Positions 32,519 through 44,379 are shown, counted from the first letter of the stretch. The stretch is DNA of 64,000 nt from Balanoglossus misakiensis (GCA_040954595.2 JBECUI020000032.1:152570-216569); one strand, 5' to 3'. The notes: generated from the letters alone by a model not told the origin. Made by a program: numbers and translations.

Positions 32519-33366
32519 TGTCTGTCACTAAGCTGTGAACGTACAAAGTATATAATCGGCCCTAAGGAGAGCAGAGCCATAAGAACAGCAATCGCCGACC
32601 CCTTGTTAATATTGCCTTCTCTGAAAGAAACATTATACATTTCCAGAGCCAATAAGTTTGTCCGACCTCCGGGCCCTCCCCCCGTGGAAGCATAGACAAT
32701 ATCAAAGAGTTTCAATTCCCAGATAATACTCATGGTAATAATTACCCCCGTTACCGTACGCAACAAAGGAAGGATAATGAAAATGAATCTCTGAAAAGAG
32801 TTAGCACCGTCTATGGCTGCTGCTTCATGTATGGATATGGGAATTGTTGTCAGGGCGGAAAGATACATAATCATGCTATACCCGACCCATAACCATATAG
32901 AAATTGAAACAAGAGCCGGTAGGGCCAGAGCGACATCGGCAATCCAGTTGATATCCAGCTGTTCCAGTCCGATAAGACCAGCCAGGGAACTTACCATGCC
33001 AGAATTGTGCGAAAACAAAAAGCGAACCAAGATACCCCCCACGACCATGGGAATAATCATTCCTATAAACAACATGGTTCGCAGAATCCCTCTGCCCGGC
33101 ATTTCCCTGGACAGAAGCAGGGCAAAAAGCAGCCCCAAGAGGGTGGTGATTGGCAGATGCAGGAGTATCCAGACAAGGTTGTTTTGAAGGGCCTGAAGGA
33201 ACCTTTCTTTTTGGAACAAAGAAAGGTATTCCCCCAGCCCCAAACTGCCATCTCTATACACGCTCAGCCACAGGTTAATAAGCACTGGGGCAAAGAGAAA
33301 TACCCCTATAATGAGTAAAACAGGAAGAATGAACAGAAACTCTCGGAGCGTGTACTGCTTATTCAC
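32515..33366 (-). CDS. Carbohydrate ABC transporter permease
   Basis: EAAAIDGA EAA loop; TGGGPG. Confidence 0.92.
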   Translation of the reverse strand: MNKQYTLREFLFILPVLLIIGVFLFAPVLINLWLSVYRDGSLGLGEYLSLFQKERFLQALQNNLVWILLHLPITTLLGLLFALLLSREMPGRGILRTMLFIGMIIPMVVGGILVRFLFSHNSGMVSSLAGLIGLEQLDINWIADVALALPALVSISIWLWVGYSMIMYLSALTTIPISIHEAAAIDGANSFQRFIFIILPLLRTVTGVIITMSIIWELKLFDIVYASTGGGPGGRTNLLALEMYNVSFREGNINKGSAIAVLMALLSLGPIIYFVRSQLSDRQ

Positions 33367-33380
33367 GGTTAACCTATTGA

Positions 33381-34661
33381 TTACTGGTTACGCATGGCCA
33401 TTGCTTCGACTTCTAGCCGTGCCAAAATCTCGTCAAGCACTTCTTCTGTCGGACGACTCCAAAGATAAGATAACTGATCCCAGAGCAACGATTGAAAAGT
33501 TCCCCCTATGGTATCATCCAGGTCGGGAAGAACCGATATTCTGCTCAGTAGCTCCGTAATCGTTCTGTCGGCAGGCGGATAAAGTGAAGCCGGCACAGAA
33601 GTGCTGGTGGCAATTCTTCCTCCATTGGCAACCTGTATTTCCTGTCCTCTGGTGGATAGGAATTTAAGCAGCATTTTGGCTTCTTCGGGATGTTTTGTGT
33701 ATTGGGGTATGAACCAGAAGTCGTTCCACAGCGTTACTGATTCCTGTCCAGGCAGGAGGAGAACCCCTCTGTCCGTCGGCGGATCGACAATTTGCGCATC
33801 GGTGGAATCGCCAACAAAGAAGGCGTGTTTACCTTCCCACATGGCTTTGAGCTGGGTTTCATATTCGTCGGGTTCGGAGAAGTAACCATCTCTGATCAGG
33901 GGAAGCAAGAAATTGCTGATCACCGCTCTTACCTCTGGATCGGTCCAAGCTATGGTCCCTTTTGTTAGTCCTCTGTGCATATCGGAGGAACCAAAGGCAA
34001 TAATCCAGGCTTCCAGAATGCTTGTGAAGGTCCAACCAACACCACCGCCGCTGGCAAGGGGTGCCGTTACACCCGGTAAGGCTTTTATTTTTGTTAGCAG
34101 ATCAACAAATTCTTCTTTGGTTTTCAGATCTTCAGGACTTCCAAGTCCCATTTTTTGAAAAAAGGACTTTCTATATTCCGTAACGGTGATACCTCCAACA
34201 CCAGGTGCTCCGTAAATAGTACCATTGAGGGAAACTTCATCCAGGGCTCCATCAATAAATTCTGAGGTACTGAACAAGTCATCCAAGGGAAGAACATGTC
34301 CTTTTTCAGCCTGCTGCCTGATGTACCATGCCCAAGGTAGATCAATAACGTCGGCCAGGGTGTTGCCAGCCTGAAACTGGATGGACAAAGGCGTTGCCAG
34401 ATCTTCACCTTTCAACGTTTGATATTCCACCTTAATGGTTGGATTCTGAGCTTCAAATTCTTTAATGACAGGCAAAAAGCCGTCAAGTTCCTCATTTATC
34501 CATGGAATAATGATATTTAAGGTAACAATTTGTTCCTCGGCTTGCTTGGCAGCACTCTCACCACTACCTGCACTAGAAAAAACTAGGACCGCTGCAAGGA
34601 CCAAAAAAACGTAGAAAACAACTCTTCTCATTCCCATCTTTCCCATCTCCTTTTTTTTCAC
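33381..34661 (-). CDS. Carbohydrate ABC transporter solute-binding protein
   Basis: Signal peptide; EFEAQNPTIKVE; TKHPEEAKMLLKFL. Confidence 0.9.
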   Translation of the reverse strand: MKKKEMGKMGMRRVVFYVFLVLAAVLVFSSAGSGESAAKQAEEQIVTLNIIIPWINEELDGFLPVIKEFEAQNPTIKVEYQTLKGEDLATPLSIQFQAGNTLADVIDLPWAWYIRQQAEKGHVLPLDDLFSTSEFIDGALDEVSLNGTIYGAPGVGGITVTEYRKSFFQKMGLGSPEDLKTKEEFVDLLTKIKALPGVTAPLASGGGVGWTFTSILEAWIIAFGSSDMHRGLTKGTIAWTDPEVRAVISNFLLPLIRDGYFSEPDEYETQLKAMWEGKHAFFVGDSTDAQIVDPPTDRGVLLLPGQESVTLWNDFWFIPQYTKHPEEAKMLLKFLSTRGQEIQVANGGRIATSTSVPASLYPPADRTITELLSRISVLPDLDDTIGGTFQSLLWDQLSYLWSRPTEEVLDEILARLEVEAMAMRNQ

Positions 34662-34948
34662 TCGAGATAAAAAATCTAAAAAATATCTGTCTCTACTATA
34701 TCTTCAAGATAACATAGTGTCTAGTATTTCTTACACTATGTTGTGAAAACAAAGATGTTGAGTCCCTCGTCTACTTTCGGCTGGGAAAGCAGAGATTTCT
34801 AAGCATAGCAACCTTTTTCCAATAGTTGAATTAAGCCATTGTAAGCACGAGATAAAATCTTGCCATTGCCAGGGATCTCTTGCACTTTCGGGGGGAGATT
34901 TTCCTTAAAACCTCTCCCTTGACCCGACATGAGGAAAAATCCAGACAC

Positions 34949-35506
34949 TCAGAATGCTGTGTTCATTTCCATGGCAATCTTATATCCAGTATTGAGAATT
35001 TCCCGGTTTACAATGTTATACTTCTGATTCCTTTGGGAAATGGCCTCATCCAGAGCCGCATCAATGGCTTCAAGAGAAATCATTTCTGGTTTCATGGCTA
35101 TCAAGGCCCCAAGGGCCACCATGTTGGCACCTCTTTCTGATCCCTTGTTCAGGGAAATGTTTGTGGCATCCAGATTAAGAACACGGAGGTCTTTTCTTTT
35201 TGGTGGCAACTTAATCAGACTGGAATTCCAAATAAGCAAACCACCCGGCCTGAGGCGAGGTTCAAACTTTCTTAACGAGGGTTCGTTCAGGGCAATGACC
35301 GTCCCGGGGTACTCTATGACCGGCGATGCCACTTCTTCGTCAGAAACAATAACGGAACAGTTGGCGGTTCCCCCACGCATTTCTGCTCCATAGGAGGGAA
35401 TGTGAGAAACATAAAGGTCCGACCGCATCCCGGCGATGCAGAGAATCTTACCGGTGAGTAGGGTTCCCTGGCCGCCAAACCCGGCAATGACAATCTCTTC
35501 TCTCAT
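34949..35506 (-). CDS. 2-oxoacid:ferredoxin oxidoreductase gamma subunit
   Basis: AGFGGQG, SYGAEMRGG. Confidence 0.95.
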   Translation of the reverse strand: MREEIVIAGFGGQGTLLTGKILCIAGMRSDLYVSHIPSYGAEMRGGTANCSVIVSDEEVASPVIEYPGTVIALNEPSLRKFEPRLRPGGLLIWNSSLIKLPPKRKDLRVLNLDATNISLNKGSERGANMVALGALIAMKPEMISLEAIDAALDEAISQRNQKYNIVNREILNTGYKIAMEMNTAF

Positions 35507-36282
35507 GACGCTTTGGCCGCTTCCCTTACCGGTCTGTCCCTGAACTTCGTCAGAGGATAGTAGGGAACCATAGCGTTCTTAACCCAGTCAGCACTTTCGA
35601 CAGGATTTATCCCCCAGTTAGTGGGACACATAGAAAGAATCTCTACAAAAGAATAACCCAGCCCCTCCTTCTGATAGGTCAGAGCCTTTACTATGGCCTT
35701 TTTGGTTTTACGAACCTGAGCAGGATTGTGGACCGAACAGCGTTCAATATAGACTGGTGCCGACAAAGTCTCCAATAGTTCACAGGCCCGAATGGGAAAA
35801 CCGACATCCTTCGTGTCCCGTCCAGCAGGAGTGGTAGCGGTTATCTGACCTACTAAAGTGGTGGGAGCCATTTGACCGCCGGTCATTCCATAGACAGCAT
35901 TATTCACAAAGAAAACAGTAATACACTCTCCGCGGTTAGCTGTGTGAATGGTTTCCCCGACACCGATGGACAGGAGATCGCCGTCTCCCTGGTAGGAGAT
36001 AACAATTTTTTCAGGTAGGGCCCGTTTGAGTCCTGTAGCCACGGCGGGGGTTCGCCCATGAGCAGCCTCAAGACCATCCACATCGATGTATTTGTAGGCC
36101 AAGACCGAACAACCTACCGGTGCGACAAGAATGGTATCTTCCTGAATTTTTAATTCTTCCAGGGCCTCGGCAATCAGTTTGTGGATGATGCCGTGACCGC
36201 ATCCCGGACAGTAATGAGTTCGGACCTCATTAAGAACTTCAGGACGCTTGTACATGGGTATGGCTTGCATCGTTTCGTTCAT
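35503..36282 (-). CDS. 2-oxoacid:ferredoxin oxidoreductase beta (TPP-binding) subunit
   Basis: YCPGCGHG, GDGD, NNAVYGMTGGQMAPT. Confidence 0.95.
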   Translation of the reverse strand: MNETMQAIPMYKRPEVLNEVRTHYCPGCGHGIIHKLIAEALEELKIQEDTILVAPVGCSVLAYKYIDVDGLEAAHGRTPAVATGLKRALPEKIVISYQGDGDLLSIGVGETIHTANRGECITVFFVNNAVYGMTGGQMAPTTLVGQITATTPAGRDTKDVGFPIRACELLETLSAPVYIERCSVHNPAQVRKTKKAIVKALTYQKEGLGYSFVEILSMCPTNWGINPVESADWVKNAMVPYYPLTKFRDRPVREAAKAS

Positions 36283-37327
36283 ACGCCTTTATCCTCCCTA
36301 TAATATCGTCTAATGAAGGGATAGCCCCCCCTGCCCGGCCATAGAGCTCCACTTCCGTGTTTGGCCCGCAGGACAGTTGGACATCTTCTACCAGTTGCCC
36401 CAGGCTCATTTCTACAGTTAGCACCCGCTTTATGCCAACAGTCATGGCCCGGAGTTCCCTGCCTGGAAAGGGCCAGAGAGCCTTGGGTCGGAAAAGCCCC
36501 ACTTTTATTCCTTCAGCTCTGAGACTGTTAACCGCTTTACGGGCAATACGGGATGAAGTGCCGTAGGCCACTATGATCCAATCGGCATCCTGAGTTTCAT
36601 AGCTCTCATAGCTTCGCAAATTTTTTGTTATTTCATCATATTTCTCTTGAAGATGAAGGTTATGATCCTCCAAGGCAGTTTCAGGAATCAGATGCAGAGA
36701 AGCCACCACCCTTTTTTTTCGGCCCTTAGCCCCTGTAAGAGTCCAGTTCTTTTCAAAGTGAAGCTTGGTGGGTTTTGGCAACACCAAGGGCTCTGATACT
36801 TGTCCCAGATAGCCATCTCCCAAAATGATAACCGGAATCCGCCATCTATCGGCAATGTCAAAAGCTTCAACGGTCATGTCGGCTAGTTCCTGAGCGGAAC
36901 CTGGGGCAAGAACTACCGTACGGTAGTCTCCATTCCCCCCGCCACGGGTTGCTTGAAAATAATCCCCCTGCGCTCCAGCAATTCCTCCCAGGCCAGGTCC
37001 ACCCCGCATAATGTTCGCCACAACGCAAGGTAATTCTGCTCCTGCCAAATAAGAAATTCCCTCCTGTTTAAGAGACATTCCTGGTGAAGAGGTGGAGGTC
37101 ATAACCCTTACCCCCCCGGCAGCGGCACCCATGACCATGCTAATGGCCGCCAATTCACTTTCTGCCTGCAAGAAGGTTCCCCCTACCTCCAAAAGTCGAC
37201 GGGCCATATAGGCAGGGACTTCATTCTGAGGTGTAATGGGATAGGCAAAATAATGTCGGCAACCGGCAATAATTGCAGCCTCTCCCATAGCTTCATTTCC
37301 CTTCATCAAAACGTAATCTTTTTTCAT
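36239..37327 (-). CDS. 2-oxoacid:ferredoxin oxidoreductase alpha subunit (Vor/Kor type)
   Basis: MKGNEA, YPITPQ, TSSPGMSLKQE; start at 37327 behind GGAGG. Confidence 0.95.
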   Translation of the reverse strand: MKKDYVLMKGNEAMGEAAIIAGCRHYFAYPITPQNEVPAYMARRLLEVGGTFLQAESELAAISMVMGAAAGGVRVMTSTSSPGMSLKQEGISYLAGAELPCVVANIMRGGPGLGGIAGAQGDYFQATRGGGNGDYRTVVLAPGSAQELADMTVEAFDIADRWRIPVIILGDGYLGQVSEPLVLPKPTKLHFEKNWTLTGAKGRKKRVVASLHLIPETALEDHNLHLQEKYDEITKNLRSYESYETQDADWIIVAYGTSSRIARKAVNSLRAEGIKVGLFRPKALWPFPGRELRAMTVGIKRVLTVEMSLGQLVEDVQLSCGPNTEVELYGRAGGAIPSLDDIIGRIKAYERNDASHTHVQAS

Positions 37328-37337
37328 AAAACCTCCT

Positions 37338-37571
37338 CTAAGCCACCTGGTCGATCTTGGCCAAACGATCCAAGGTAATAGCTGCTTCGGGGCACATAAC
37401 AGTACAGGCACCACAAGCGATACAGGCATCCACATCGTTACAGATAGTATAATTAAGCCCTTGACTGTTAATATCTTTGGCCTTTTCCAAAATGGATTTG
37501 GGACAATTGGCTATACACAGACCACATCCCTTACATGCTTCCTTATCTATATAGGGGATTCCTTTTGTCAT
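37338..37571 (-). CDS. 2[4Fe-4S] ferredoxin (delta subunit)
   Basis: Two CxxCxxCxxxCP motifs. Confidence 0.95.
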   Translation of the reverse strand: MTKGIPYIDKEACKGCGLCIANCPKSILEKAKDINSQGLNYTICNDVDACIACGACTVMCPEAAITLDRLAKIDQVA

Positions 37572-37658
37572 CCTTTACATCCTTATTTTCATAACTGATT
37601 TACAAATCATACGAAGCCTAAACTGAATAATAATATACATCAAGACAAAAATACGAAA

Positions 37659-37697
37659 ATACGATTTTTTTATTCAAAAAAAATAAAAAAATCGTAT
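37659..37697. promoter_or_regulatory. Perfect 16-bp inverted repeat, candidate operator
   Basis: ATACGATTTTTTTATT-N7-AATAAAAAAATCGTAT in the AT-rich divergent intergenic region. Confidence 0.5.
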
Positions 37698-37936
37698 GGA
37701 AGTGGCGATTTTTCCTTCGTAGTATTCTTTAACTAGTACTAATATACCATGTTTTTTTTATTTTTTTTATTGTAAATATTTAAATAATTCTTACTTTGTT
37801 AATTTTTTGGTCAAAATGGCATTTTTTCAGATTGGAGCGATTTAACCGTCTCAGGACACATTTCTTACGTTTTTACCTCCTGTAGCTGGCCTTTCTCCCT
37901 AAAAGAACCTAGAATTTTCATCTAAGGAGTTAGCAG

Positions 37937-38353
37937 ATGACCGATACCGTAAAAACCTTGTGGAAAAAAGAAATGACTTTTGATTGTCAATCCGGCGATC
38001 ATGTCCTGCCCATTGACGCCGCAAAGGAATTTGGGGGGAAAAACCGTGGTCCTCTTCCCAGAACCCTGCTTTTAGCTGCCCTTTCTGGCTGTACTGGCAT
38101 GGATGTCATGAGCATACTCAACAAGATGGAGGTAAAACCTCGCTGCTTTGATCTCAGAATCGAAGGAGATCTCTCCGAAGAACACCCCAAAGTCTATACC
38201 AACATCCGTCTGCGCTATCTATTTAAAGAGCAAGAAGGTCTGGACAAGAAAAAGGTGGAGAGGGCTGTAAGCCTGTCCCAGGAGAAATACTGCGGTATGG
38301 CGGCAATGATTCGCCAGATTGCAAAGTTAACCTGGAGTATTGAGTATATTTAA
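37937..38353 (+). CDS. OsmC/YhfA-family protein
   Basis: LLLAALSGCTGMDV, SQEKYC. Confidence 0.9.
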   Translation: MTDTVKTLWKKEMTFDCQSGDHVLPIDAAKEFGGKNRGPLPRTLLLAALSGCTGMDVMSILNKMEVKPRCFDLRIEGDLSEEHPKVYTNIRLRYLFKEQEGLDKKKVERAVSLSQEKYCGMAAMIRQIAKLTWSIEYI

Positions 38354-38369
38354 AACAAGGCTGACAACC

Positions 38370-39046
38370 ATGTCAGTCCACTCGATACTCCTCTATCTCA
38401 TCCAGATCCAGGCTCAGAAACACTTTGGACTGACAGAATGGGCCCACAATGGCTGTGTGAGGGATGTCTCTTAGAATCACTCGGCCTGTAACTCCTCCGA
38501 GGTCTGTTGTAATACCGCTTTTGAAGCCAGGCTCTCAGAGTCTCTTTTATGGCATTTTCCAAAGCAAGGCGACGACAGTCCCGCCAAGGGGGGCCTGTCC
38601 CCTTCCCCGGGCCCAAGGATAGCTGCTTCCTTTCCATCCCCTTAATCTGGCCGCCTGAGAGAGTTCGAGTTCAAAGGCCAGAGTCACATAGAAAAATCCA
38701 TCTCTTTAAAGGTTGATAGGACCTTCATCTGGGGATCTCCCCGCGGAATCAGGGCCAGAGGGATAAGACTGAGTTCTTCTTTTACTTGCCGGGAAGAGTC
38801 TTGGGGAACCCAATCAAAGTTTATCCCGTAGATCATTCCAGAGAAAACCCATCGGGGCCCCTCTTCCAGCAACGATTCCAGAGCCCGCATTTCTTCGGGA
38901 CTAAGGTCTTCCTTGTCCTGATTTGTTTCTCCGGTCGGAGCCTCCAAATCAGCTCGAATCCAGAAGGTACCCTGAAGAGCTTCAGCCCCAGAGACTACCG
39001 GTACAAGAACAAGAATCAGCAGCCAAAGAATACGATAAGGTTTCAA
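38370..39046 (-). CDS. Exported hypothetical protein, frameshifted as assembled; 3' end approximate
   Basis: Signal peptide; ORF pieces 38684-39046 and 38398-38637. Confidence 0.55.
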
Positions 39047-39676
39047 CGTCTTCGGGTGCTAAAAAACACCTTCATCGGGTTTATATCCAACCGAACAAGA
39101 AAGTAAATGTAGGCAAAAACAAGACCACTCAAATGGGTAAGATGGGCCACTCCGCCTTGTCTTCCGGTCAACTGGGAAAATAAGGCGATGCCTCCAAAAA
39201 GGGCCACCGCCAGGGGGGCTTGAAGAGGAAGAACCCAGAACACATAAATCCTGGCGTCTGGGAAGTAGGTCGCAAAACCCAACAGTATGCATATATGGCA
39301 CCAGAGGCTCCCATCAAAAAGACCCCGTTCATACCTGTAAAGGCATAAACCAGTACGGTGAATCCCCCAGCAAGCATCCCTGTTAGCAAGTAAAAAACAG
39401 AAACTCCCAACTTCCCATACGGTTTTCCAATGGAGGTCCAAAGAAGAAGAGGGCCAGCATATTAAAGAGGATGTGACTCATGTTCCCATGAACAAACATG
39501 TAGGTGAAAATCGTCCAATAGAATCGATATTTCAGAAAAAACACGGTATTCAAAGTAAGAAGGCCACGGGTTTGGGGCAGCAATTGATTGATGATAAAGA
39601 CAATAAGATTAACCCCTATCAATATCAAAACGGTATTCCGACTAGAATATGGAAAGGGACGACGAAGAATTTTCAT
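39043..39676 (-). CDS. Rhomboid-family intramembrane protease, frameshifted as assembled
   Basis: YMFVHGNMSHILFNM, GASGA and VAHLTHLSG across three frames. Confidence 0.88.
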
Positions 39677-41445
39677 AAAACCTCCGAGTTTGATAAAGCC
39701 CATAAATTAGAAAAAACTTCACAAGGAAGGTTGGGCTTTTCAGGTAAGCACATAAAGACGAAATCCCCTGTAGGGTAAATTCTCGATTTTAGTGTTGTTC
39801 CCACAGTTAAAATAAGGTTTCCCAGGGAACTCTTAAAATTATACTCTAAAAGAGTAAGATTTCTAAAGTTCTTCAAATAAATTCCATAATCAATGGTCAG
39901 GGGAAGCGGTGGTAGCAGATCCTGATTCTCTAAGGAGACCACGGCAATAAGAAGCCCACGCCGAGAACGAATAATCCACCAGGCCATTCTTGAATCCACA
40001 TACTGGTCCAAGCGTTCTCCTGTACGAAGAAAATCGGCATGGACTCGAGCAAGGTTTTCAATCCAACGGCCCACATTCACTTCTCCCGGGTGCATGCTTT
40101 GGTTAAGAGAACAGGAACTCTTAAGGGTTTGGGCATAACCCCAGGTCCCTTCTCCAGCCCCCATGCTTTCAAAGAGTGGCCTCCGGGAGGGGCCTACTCC
40201 AAGAAAACGACCAATGAAACGTTTAAGATTTATTCTTTCCCACCGGGATTGGCTTTCCCTTTCTCCCATATCCACCGGGACAAATACAGAGAAAAGAAGT
40301 TTCCGTCCAAGGTTGATCCGGTGAAGTTGCTTATCCAGAAGAAGGTTGCGTTCCATCCACTCCTGATCAACCTTGCTACCTCCGTCATTCTCCAGAACCA
40401 GGTCCACACCCTGAACACCGTAATTTTCTACTTCAGAGGCCTCTCCCTCTAGCATAACTCCCAGGTTGGGACAGGTCCCCTGTTTCCGGATTAACTCCAC
40501 AGCCTGACGGATAACGGCTTTATTGGGGACCTCTTCTTCGCTGTCCTTCGTGGAGGCAATGCGTAACATAAGGAAATCAAAGGAATAGCTATCTCTCCAT
40601 TTGTCAAATATCCGCCCCCAGTAGAGAACAGCTTCTTCTCTGATACCTGCGTTCTTAAAAAAACTAAAGCAAGCCCTGCCGCTCTTGTCCCCGGAAAGGC
40701 AAGGACTAAGTCCAGCATTCTCCAAAGCTACTTGAACTTTCTGAAGATCTAGTTTCTTTTCTCGTCTCTGCTGTGTCGTGATTACTTCCCGGACTTCCTT
40801 CAACAGGATTTCCCGCTGATCTTCCTGGTAGTCAGGTTCTTCTCCCCTGCGGACCCAGGAGAACAGATCCGGTCGGTGGAAAATTACCGCCGCCTGAGGG
40901 CTGATTCTATAATCAAGTTCATAACCTAGCACCAGACCCAAAAGATGAGCAGCCTCCACCAAGGCAGTTAATTGCAGATCAGGGCCAAATCCTGCCGCCA
41001 GAGCCTCAGGATGGGTCAGTTCCATCCTTATAGAGCTGTGACTTCCCAGAAAGTTCAGGTCTTCTCCGGGGCCTGTGGTAATCGGAGCCAACACACAGCC
41101 TCCTACCCGCAAAAGTCGTAAGGTAGAAGGCAGCAGTAAGGAAATTTCCCCGGATTTTGTCAAAACCGGTGGCCCGAACATTCACTTCAGTATAGTCAAT
41201 CTGACTCATCCACCGAGTGTCCCGGCGTCTCAAAATAGGTTTTTCAGAGGAATACATCAAAGAAGCACGGCGAAAGAAATCAACAAGAACAGGAAAAGGA
41301 ATTCCCGCCAGAAATGAAGAGGATTGACCCAGGAAACCCTTAGTTTCATATTCCCGGAATAAGTCGCCAGCCAACCGGGTAGCTTCCTTATCCGGAGGAA
41401 AAGCTGAGACATGCTTGTCCAAACGGTACGAGGAGTATCTCCCAT
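39673..41445 (-). CDS. Large hypothetical protein, possibly a degenerate glycosidase-like fold; frameshifted
   Basis: ORF pieces 41257-41463, 41006-41422 and 39673-41181 read as one gene; no catalytic motif recognised. Confidence 0.5.
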
Positions 41446-41522
41446 ATCTTCATCATACCGCAAAAACTAAAAGTTGTCCTGCCAGGCCGAGTTATGATAT
41501 GCTACAGCTAATGTGTCCGTCT

Positions 41523-42119
41523 ATGCGTCCCGACCATTATTCCCTCAAGGCCAGGAAATTGGGTTATCCAGCCCGTTCTGTGTTCAAACTGCAGGAAATC
41601 CAGAAACGATTTCGAATATTCCACCCTGGAGGAAGCATTTGGACCTCGGTGCTGCTCCGGGAAGTTGGACCCTGTTTTCTCTCCAATGGCTTAAGAACCA
41701 GGGTTCCGTGATAGCGGTGGATCGTAACCCTTTAACCATAAACCCTCCCCCTCATTCCAAACTGCGGGTTTGGCAGGGTGATATCTTTGCTCTGGAGACA
41801 ACACAGTTTCTCAGTCAGGGGGGGCCCTACCACACAATACTAAGCGATGCTGCTCCCTCGACAACAGGAAACCGTCTGGTAGATACCAGGCGCTCTTTCG
41901 ATCTGGTCATGCGGGTTATAGATCTGGCCCAAGAACTCCAGGCCCCCGGAGGCAGTTTGGTAGTCAAGGTTTTTCAAGGGGGGAGATGAGGGCGAACTGA
42001 GAAAGAAAATCCAGGATCTCTATGGTGAAACCAGAACCTTTAAACCACAGGCGACCAGGGCAGGCTCCCTGGAGACCTACCTGATCGGCAGAAAATATGG
42101 AAAGAAAATTTCTTCCTAG
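41523..42119 (+). CDS. rlmE: 23S rRNA Um2552 methyltransferase, frameshifted as assembled
   Basis: GYPARSVFKL, LDLGAAPGSW, LSDAAPSTTG, VKVFQG. Confidence 0.9.
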
Positions 42120-42208
42120 GAAAAGAGTGTGCTACTCCAGATGTCACAAAACATAAGTATGAGGTATATTTAAGTAAAGTTATGAATAACCCCCATGGAG
42201 GATAAATT

Positions 42209-42496
42209 ATGGCAACATCAACGGGTATCTTCTTCGTGATGCTACGAGAGAACTATGAAAAGGATCATCAGGATTACTTTCCATATATCTCTTCTGCCTA
42301 CGTACCCATTGCTAAAAACTTCAAGAAGAAAAAAGACTACCCTGTTCTTGCGATCAGGCATATTACTCTTATTGCTGATGATGAGAAAAACGTAGAGACC
42401 TCTCAATTTCTGGTTCCTACGGAAAACGGAAATTTTATCTGGGTACAGTCTGAAATATTTGTATTTTCAGGAGTAACCCCTCAACACACAGAATAA
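42209..42496 (+). CDS. Hypothetical protein
   Basis: 95 aa ORF with GGAGG RBS; its stop overlaps the next start. Confidence 0.7.
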   Translation: MATSTGIFFVMLRENYEKDHQDYFPYISSAYVPIAKNFKKKKDYPVLAIRHITLIADDEKNVETSQFLVPTENGNFIWVQSEIFVFSGVTPQHTE

Positions 42497-44042
42497 TGAA
42501 GATCGGGAGTGCCGCGGAAGTTCGTTCCATGGACCAGATGGCCATGGAACGTTACGGAATAGCCGAACCGGTACTCATGGAAAACGCTGCATGGGCCGCC
42601 CTGCAGGTAATAAAAGAGCGTTGGGGAATCAAGGGCCGGCGTGTTCTTTTGCTCTGCGGCGGGGGTAATAACGGAGGAGACGGCTTTGCTCTGGCCCGTC
42701 TCCTTTATTCCCAAGGGGCTCTGCCCAAGGTTCTTATGGCAGGCTCAAGGAAGAGCCTGCATGGTTCGGCAGAGACCAATTATAAAATCCTAAGCAATTT
42801 ACCTCTAGAGCTCCGCTCTCACGTTGAAGAAGAAGACTTCTCCTCGGCAGATGTCCTGGTAGACGCCTTGTTTGGCACGGGGCTTTCCCGCCCCATAGAG
42901 GGAATATACGGGAGTGGGTAGACAAGGCCAACCAAAGTCAGCGGCCTATTTTGGCTCTGGACATACCTTCGGGGGTTCATGCCGATACAGGAGAAGTGCT
43001 AGGCAAGGCCATACATGCCGAAGCAACCGTAGTTTTTGGAATACTTAAACGGGGAAACCTTTTTTATCCCGGCTACGCTTGGGGGGGTAATATTTACCTT
43101 TCCCCAATCTCCTTTCCCCCGAACTCACCAGCAATCCGGCCATTTCTCTGGAAGTCAACATCCCCCCTGCCCTTCCCAAACGCAGGGGAGATGGGCATAA
43201 GGGAAGCTTCGGTCGGGTTCTGGTAATAGCTGGAGCAAAGCAGTATTACGGAGCTCCGGCACTCTGTTCGGCAGCGACCCTGAAAGCCGGAGCAGGTTTC
43301 TGTTACCTGGCCTGTCCTGCCCCCTTGGTACCGAGTCTGGCTGTCATAACTCCAGAAACGGTTTTCCTACCCCAAGAAATGGGACCTGATGGTGCTTTGA
43401 CCCTAGAATCACTGGCAGATCTGACCCAAAAGGCCTAAGAATGCAGACTGTGTAGCAGCAGGACCAGGACTTTCTTCTTCTTCCGAAACAGCTTCTTTGC
43501 TTCGGCAGCTCCTCCCCCGGCTTCCTGGAGGTTTAGTCCTGGACGGAGATGGCCTTGGAGCCCTGGCTGGGAAGCCGGAACTTATCCGTGACAGACAGGA
43601 ACCGGCAATCCTCACTCCCCACATGGGTGAATTGTCTCAGCTTTCGGGGCTGCCTCTCGGTGAACTGAACCTTCGGCGTTTGGAGATTGCCCGGGAAACA
43701 GCAGACCGATACGGGGCCGTTGTGGTTCTGAAAGGAGCTCACAGTCTCGTTGCCGAACCTGGGGGAAGGCTCTGGGTTAATTTAACAGGAAATGACGGCA
43801 TGGGAACTGCGGGCTCTGGTGATGTGCTGACCGGCATTATTGCGGCCCTAAGAGCCGCAGGGAAAGCACCGATTGAAGCTGCCCGTCTGGGGGTTTTTCT
43901 CCATGGACGGGCCGGAGATATAGCTGCTGCCTCCCAGGGCCGCGAGGGGATGAGGGCCATGGACATCCTAACAGCCCTTCCTCTGGCATCAAGAGACTTT
44001 CAGGAAGCCTCTCCCTTTGCTGAGAAAATCACCCTGATTTAA
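42496..44042 (+). CDS. nnr: Bifunctional NAD(P)H-hydrate epimerase/dehydratase, frameshifted as assembled
   Basis: LMENA, GNNGGDG, DALFGTG, DIPSG, LTPHMGE, AGSGDVL. Confidence 0.92.
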
Positions 44043-44379
44043 CAACTCCATTACCAGTATTCACCTATGCCACTATAACCTTGGCAGATTTTTGGCGGCT
44101 CCTGCGTAGGTGGCCATCATACTTGAAGCCGTACTCTCAGCACCGATAAACGGGGAAGTTTCCCAGCTCCTCAGTCGGGGATTTAAGAATAATTTTTGAG
44201 AAATTCTCACTTGATGTTTACAAAAGATTTATTGCTTTTTATTAGGGGTTTATATTCTTGGTTATACTATATTAAATAATGGGTTCTATAGGATGAAACA
44301 AAAATTAGCATAGGCAAAATCGTTTGCCCAATGTTATAATTCTTATTTTACTCAATTAATTTGTTAAGGAGATTGATTT

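Noticed and set aside
38370-44042. Run of broken housekeeping genes (rhomboid, rlmE, nnr) as genome decay
   Set aside because: The lesions are single-base indels without substitution stops and are patchy across the window, most consistent with sequencing error. Real decay cannot be fully excluded.
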